Made by a program: the position numbers and the translations under genes. A model generated the notes under the pieces. The model searched no databases and was not told the origin of the DNA. It saw only the letters and a program-made list of their open reading frames with translations. A stretch of 64,000 bases of DNA from Vicugna vicugna (Eukaryota): NCBI GenBank assembly GCA_013265495.1, contig MU058045.1, positions 841,986 through 905,985 of the forward strand, in the 5' to 3' direction. Shown one piece after another: positions 61,069-64,000 of this stretch. Within the stretch, counting starts at the first letter, position 1. The number at the start of each line of letters is the position of its first letter.

Positions 61069-64000
61069 TCTAGAATTCAGACCCAACCACCCAGGATTCA
61101 CATGCTTTGAGGTGAAGAGTCACTTCTGATGGCTACGTAGGATTTCCAAAGAATTCCCTGAATTGGCATGGATGTCAAGGGAGTTTATCTCCCAAAAGAT
61201 GGCTACCTCTTTGTCTCCAATTCAAAGGTTCTGAAGTGGCAGACATAGGAAAGATCCTTCTCCAACCAGGAGGAGAGCTCTGGGGAGTCAGAGAGTCCCT
61301 GGTACCAGGAGCCCCGTCGATCTGCCCCTAACGTGCTTCTGTAACACACGTTCACTCAGTTGAAGAGTATGTCGCCCACAGACCCTGGAGGATGAGTGGG
61401 GTCGGAGGTGGCTTTCCTCTGGCCCGAGGAGCAGGAGTAGAGTCAGCCTGGGGCGAGAAGAGGGCAGGCTCTCACAGGCAGCAGGCGCCTCGCAACTCGA
61501 TTTCAAGAAAATGAGAAGTGAGCCCCTGCACCCAGGGCCCCTCCCTAGGGAAGGCACCTCGGGCCTTGGAGAACCCAGGGCTCCTGGGGGGTTGGTCCCT
61601 CTGTGCCCACCTTACCGGCGGCCCTCTGGCTCCAACCTGCGCTGTGTCTGCGAGCCCGCCTTGCCCTGCCTCCTCCTGTGTGTGTTTTGCATCCCGAGAC
61701 AGCCACGCCTGAGTGGCTCGCCTGGCTGTCCGAGTCACCTCCCCGGGTATTAATTATTGTTGTGGTTAGTGCTCTGGTTACAAAGTTACGTAGGTTTCAG
61801 GGGGTCGGCTCCAGTGCTGTTTTCCACCGTTATTTTTGGAGTGTAATTTAGTAGGATGTGAGGTGTTTCAGGGATGCATGTATCACATGATAGCAGAAAC
61901 ACCCATGTGAACCCTGTTCTGCCTCTTCGGTAGACGAGTCTCAGGATACCAAGGTGACCGCCGCCGCCACACCGGGCAGGTGTGTTCCTGGCATTTCACA
62001 GCAGACACAGGTTGACACCTTGGTGTATGGCAATCAGGTATGGCCGGATGAGAACCGTCAGTCTTAAGATGTGGTGCATGATGTGCATCTGTGGGCCACC
62101 TGAGAACCAGTCTGCCAAACATAACAGCATTTTCTATGGGGAAGTGTATTCCAGCATCCTTGAGTTCTAAGCAACCAACTCACTAATACAGTTTTGGAAC
62201 CCATGCCCTTTGCAAACTGGCAAGTGGCTGTAAGCCTCTAAAAAACAACTCTCACCTCCACCACCACTTCCTAAGGAGAAAATAGGAAAAGTGAACTTTG
62301 GCAAGCTGACGGGAGTTGTGAAGATCATAGAAAATAGAAGGTAATTAGCGATGAAATAGGAATTTTAGACTACCTTTCCACCTCTTAACTAATAAATATA
62401 CCGAGACAGAACTTGACAGTGAATTCTTTTGTTTTCTCAGGTCAGAACCTTTGAGAATCTCTGGAGAATAGATTTTCCACTCTCATTCTTTATTAACATA
62501 GGAGAAATCCTTCAGAATGTCAAAATTCAGGATTTGGGATACTCGGACACTTTATCGACCTAAACGACAGCTTGTCTGGGTTCTGCTTAGTAGGGTGCAG
62601 TTTAGCGGTTAGTGGATCCTACCTGAGAGGAATGGAAACAAATATCACGGGATAGAGGTGTGACCTTGAAGCCGTGTTTCAGCTGTATGTGCATACGTGT
62701 GCGCGCATGTGTGTGTGAGAGAGAGCGGGGCAGAGACTGAGGCTGTCTCGTCTGCAGAGATGCAGTCCTTGGGGGCCTCGGGGCTGACCTCCATCACCCA
62801 GTGAACGCTGGGCCTGTGAGATGACGACGTTCACACTGTCTCAGGGAGTCCTCTGTGCTTGGTAGAGCTCATGAAGCTGCACCATTTACCTGTCACTGAA
62901 CCAGAAGGAAAAATGAAACCCTGCACTGCAGTTATTTTGCAAGTGTAACCAAAGGTAACATCTTAATAAATTAAAACTTTGATCGTAATGGATTATAATG
63001 ACACTTAAAAAAAAAGGGTTACTTTTCACCATGAAAACCGTCAGGGGGTGATGTTTAAAGTCCATGCGGTGCTTAATAGCTGGTAGCTAATACCATTATT
63101 AAGTGTGGTTATTAAGTGTAGAGCACCCCACCACCACCAATTTGAGGCACACGTCTTTGTTTTAATGACGGGAATCATGCCATTTATCATACAGATATTA
63201 ATAGTGTACATAATTTAAAAGTACTGTGGGTATATGAAATATGGTTAGTGAGGCTATTGAAAAGGAAGAACCTGGACCGGGGAGTGTGTGATAAATTAAG
63301 TTTTCGAGGTTTCGTAAAGGGTTGAATGATGACTCCCTAAAAGATACTTTCTCTCTGCCCAGCTGTGGATGACACAGTGTAGTGTTTCAGACAAAAAGCC
63401 AGCTGATTAGAAAGAACATATTGACAAGAGGCCAGATTTGCTCATTACTTATGCACAGGATTTGAAAAATAGACTTTCTCCCAGTCTATTTTTCATGGTT
63501 CCGTAGTCAGGACGGCGGCCTGCGTCCCGCCCCGTGGAGATCCTGATCGTTCATCAGTTTCAACCGCAGACGCCGCCTCATTCATGAATCTTTTCCTGTG
63601 CTTTCCCAGCCCGACGTGCTCGCTACATCCTTCACACTCCGCGGCCCCGTGCACCTCTCTTGTGTCCTGGAACATCCTTTATGTTGGCTTATTTATAGTT
63701 ATTTCTGAATTTGTTTTTTTCTCGACTGAATTTCCAACTCCGCCAGGGAAGAAGACGGTCGTATCTTACCCTCCTTGGAAGAGATACGAAGTACCTTGTA
63801 CGTAGGCAACGTTGAGAAAGATGTTTTGTTTGGGGGGTTGGCGCCTCAGTCAGTTTTACTTGTAACTTTGAAGAAGGTACACCGCAGATTCCCCAGTGAC
63901 CTGCCCGGATGCTCCTCTGAGCAAGCGGATACTGTCATGAGGGCTCGGTCCACAGTAGGGCAGGCTTGACCCAGAGGGAGGCGGAGTCAGGGTCCACAAA

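Larger units (their letters stand above)
21944..64000 (+). other. STX8: STX8 large intron (continues past the window end)
   Basis: I did not find the expected next exon (EIIDDLANLVENTDEKL...) in the remaining 42 kb. Confidence 0.85.

Noticed and set aside
62425..62445. Strong-looking splice acceptors here (ttcttttgttttctcag) and at ~52822-52838
   Set aside because: No matching STX8 coding sequence or convincing donor follows; a cryptic exon cannot be supported without RNA data.
1..64000. CRISPR arrays, operons or other prokaryotic systems
   Set aside because: The sequence is mammalian intronic DNA, and I saw no repeat-spacer arrays or dense ORF organisation.

Overview
Mammalian genomic DNA, most likely camelid, since it carries several copies of a tRNA-Ala-derived SINE resembling Vic-1 (family names here are recalled, not searched). 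The window lies inside STX8 (syntaxin-8, + strand). It holds two internal coding exons (8413-8537 and 21851-21943) separated by a 13.3-kb intron, followed by more than 42 kb of the next intron. The rest is intronic and rich in interspersed repeats (L1, L2, MIR, MLT1, ERVL-type LTRs, hAT/Tigger DNA transposons, SINEs). The main non-obvious signal is a ~5-kb, heavily decayed Ty3/Gypsy internal region at ~40490-45480, similar to sushi-ichi/PEG10. It has no long ORF, but degenerate gag, zinc-knuckle, protease, RT, RNase H and integrase motifs run in Gypsy order on the + strand across frameshifts, stops and younger insertions. I found no LTRs. A second signal is a ~600-bp tandem duplication (51446-52648) in which every substitution is A/T in copy 1 and G/C in copy 2. 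Several smaller local duplications and templated insertions are also present. Apart from the STX8 exon and the Gypsy fragments, the ORF-track entries look spurious.
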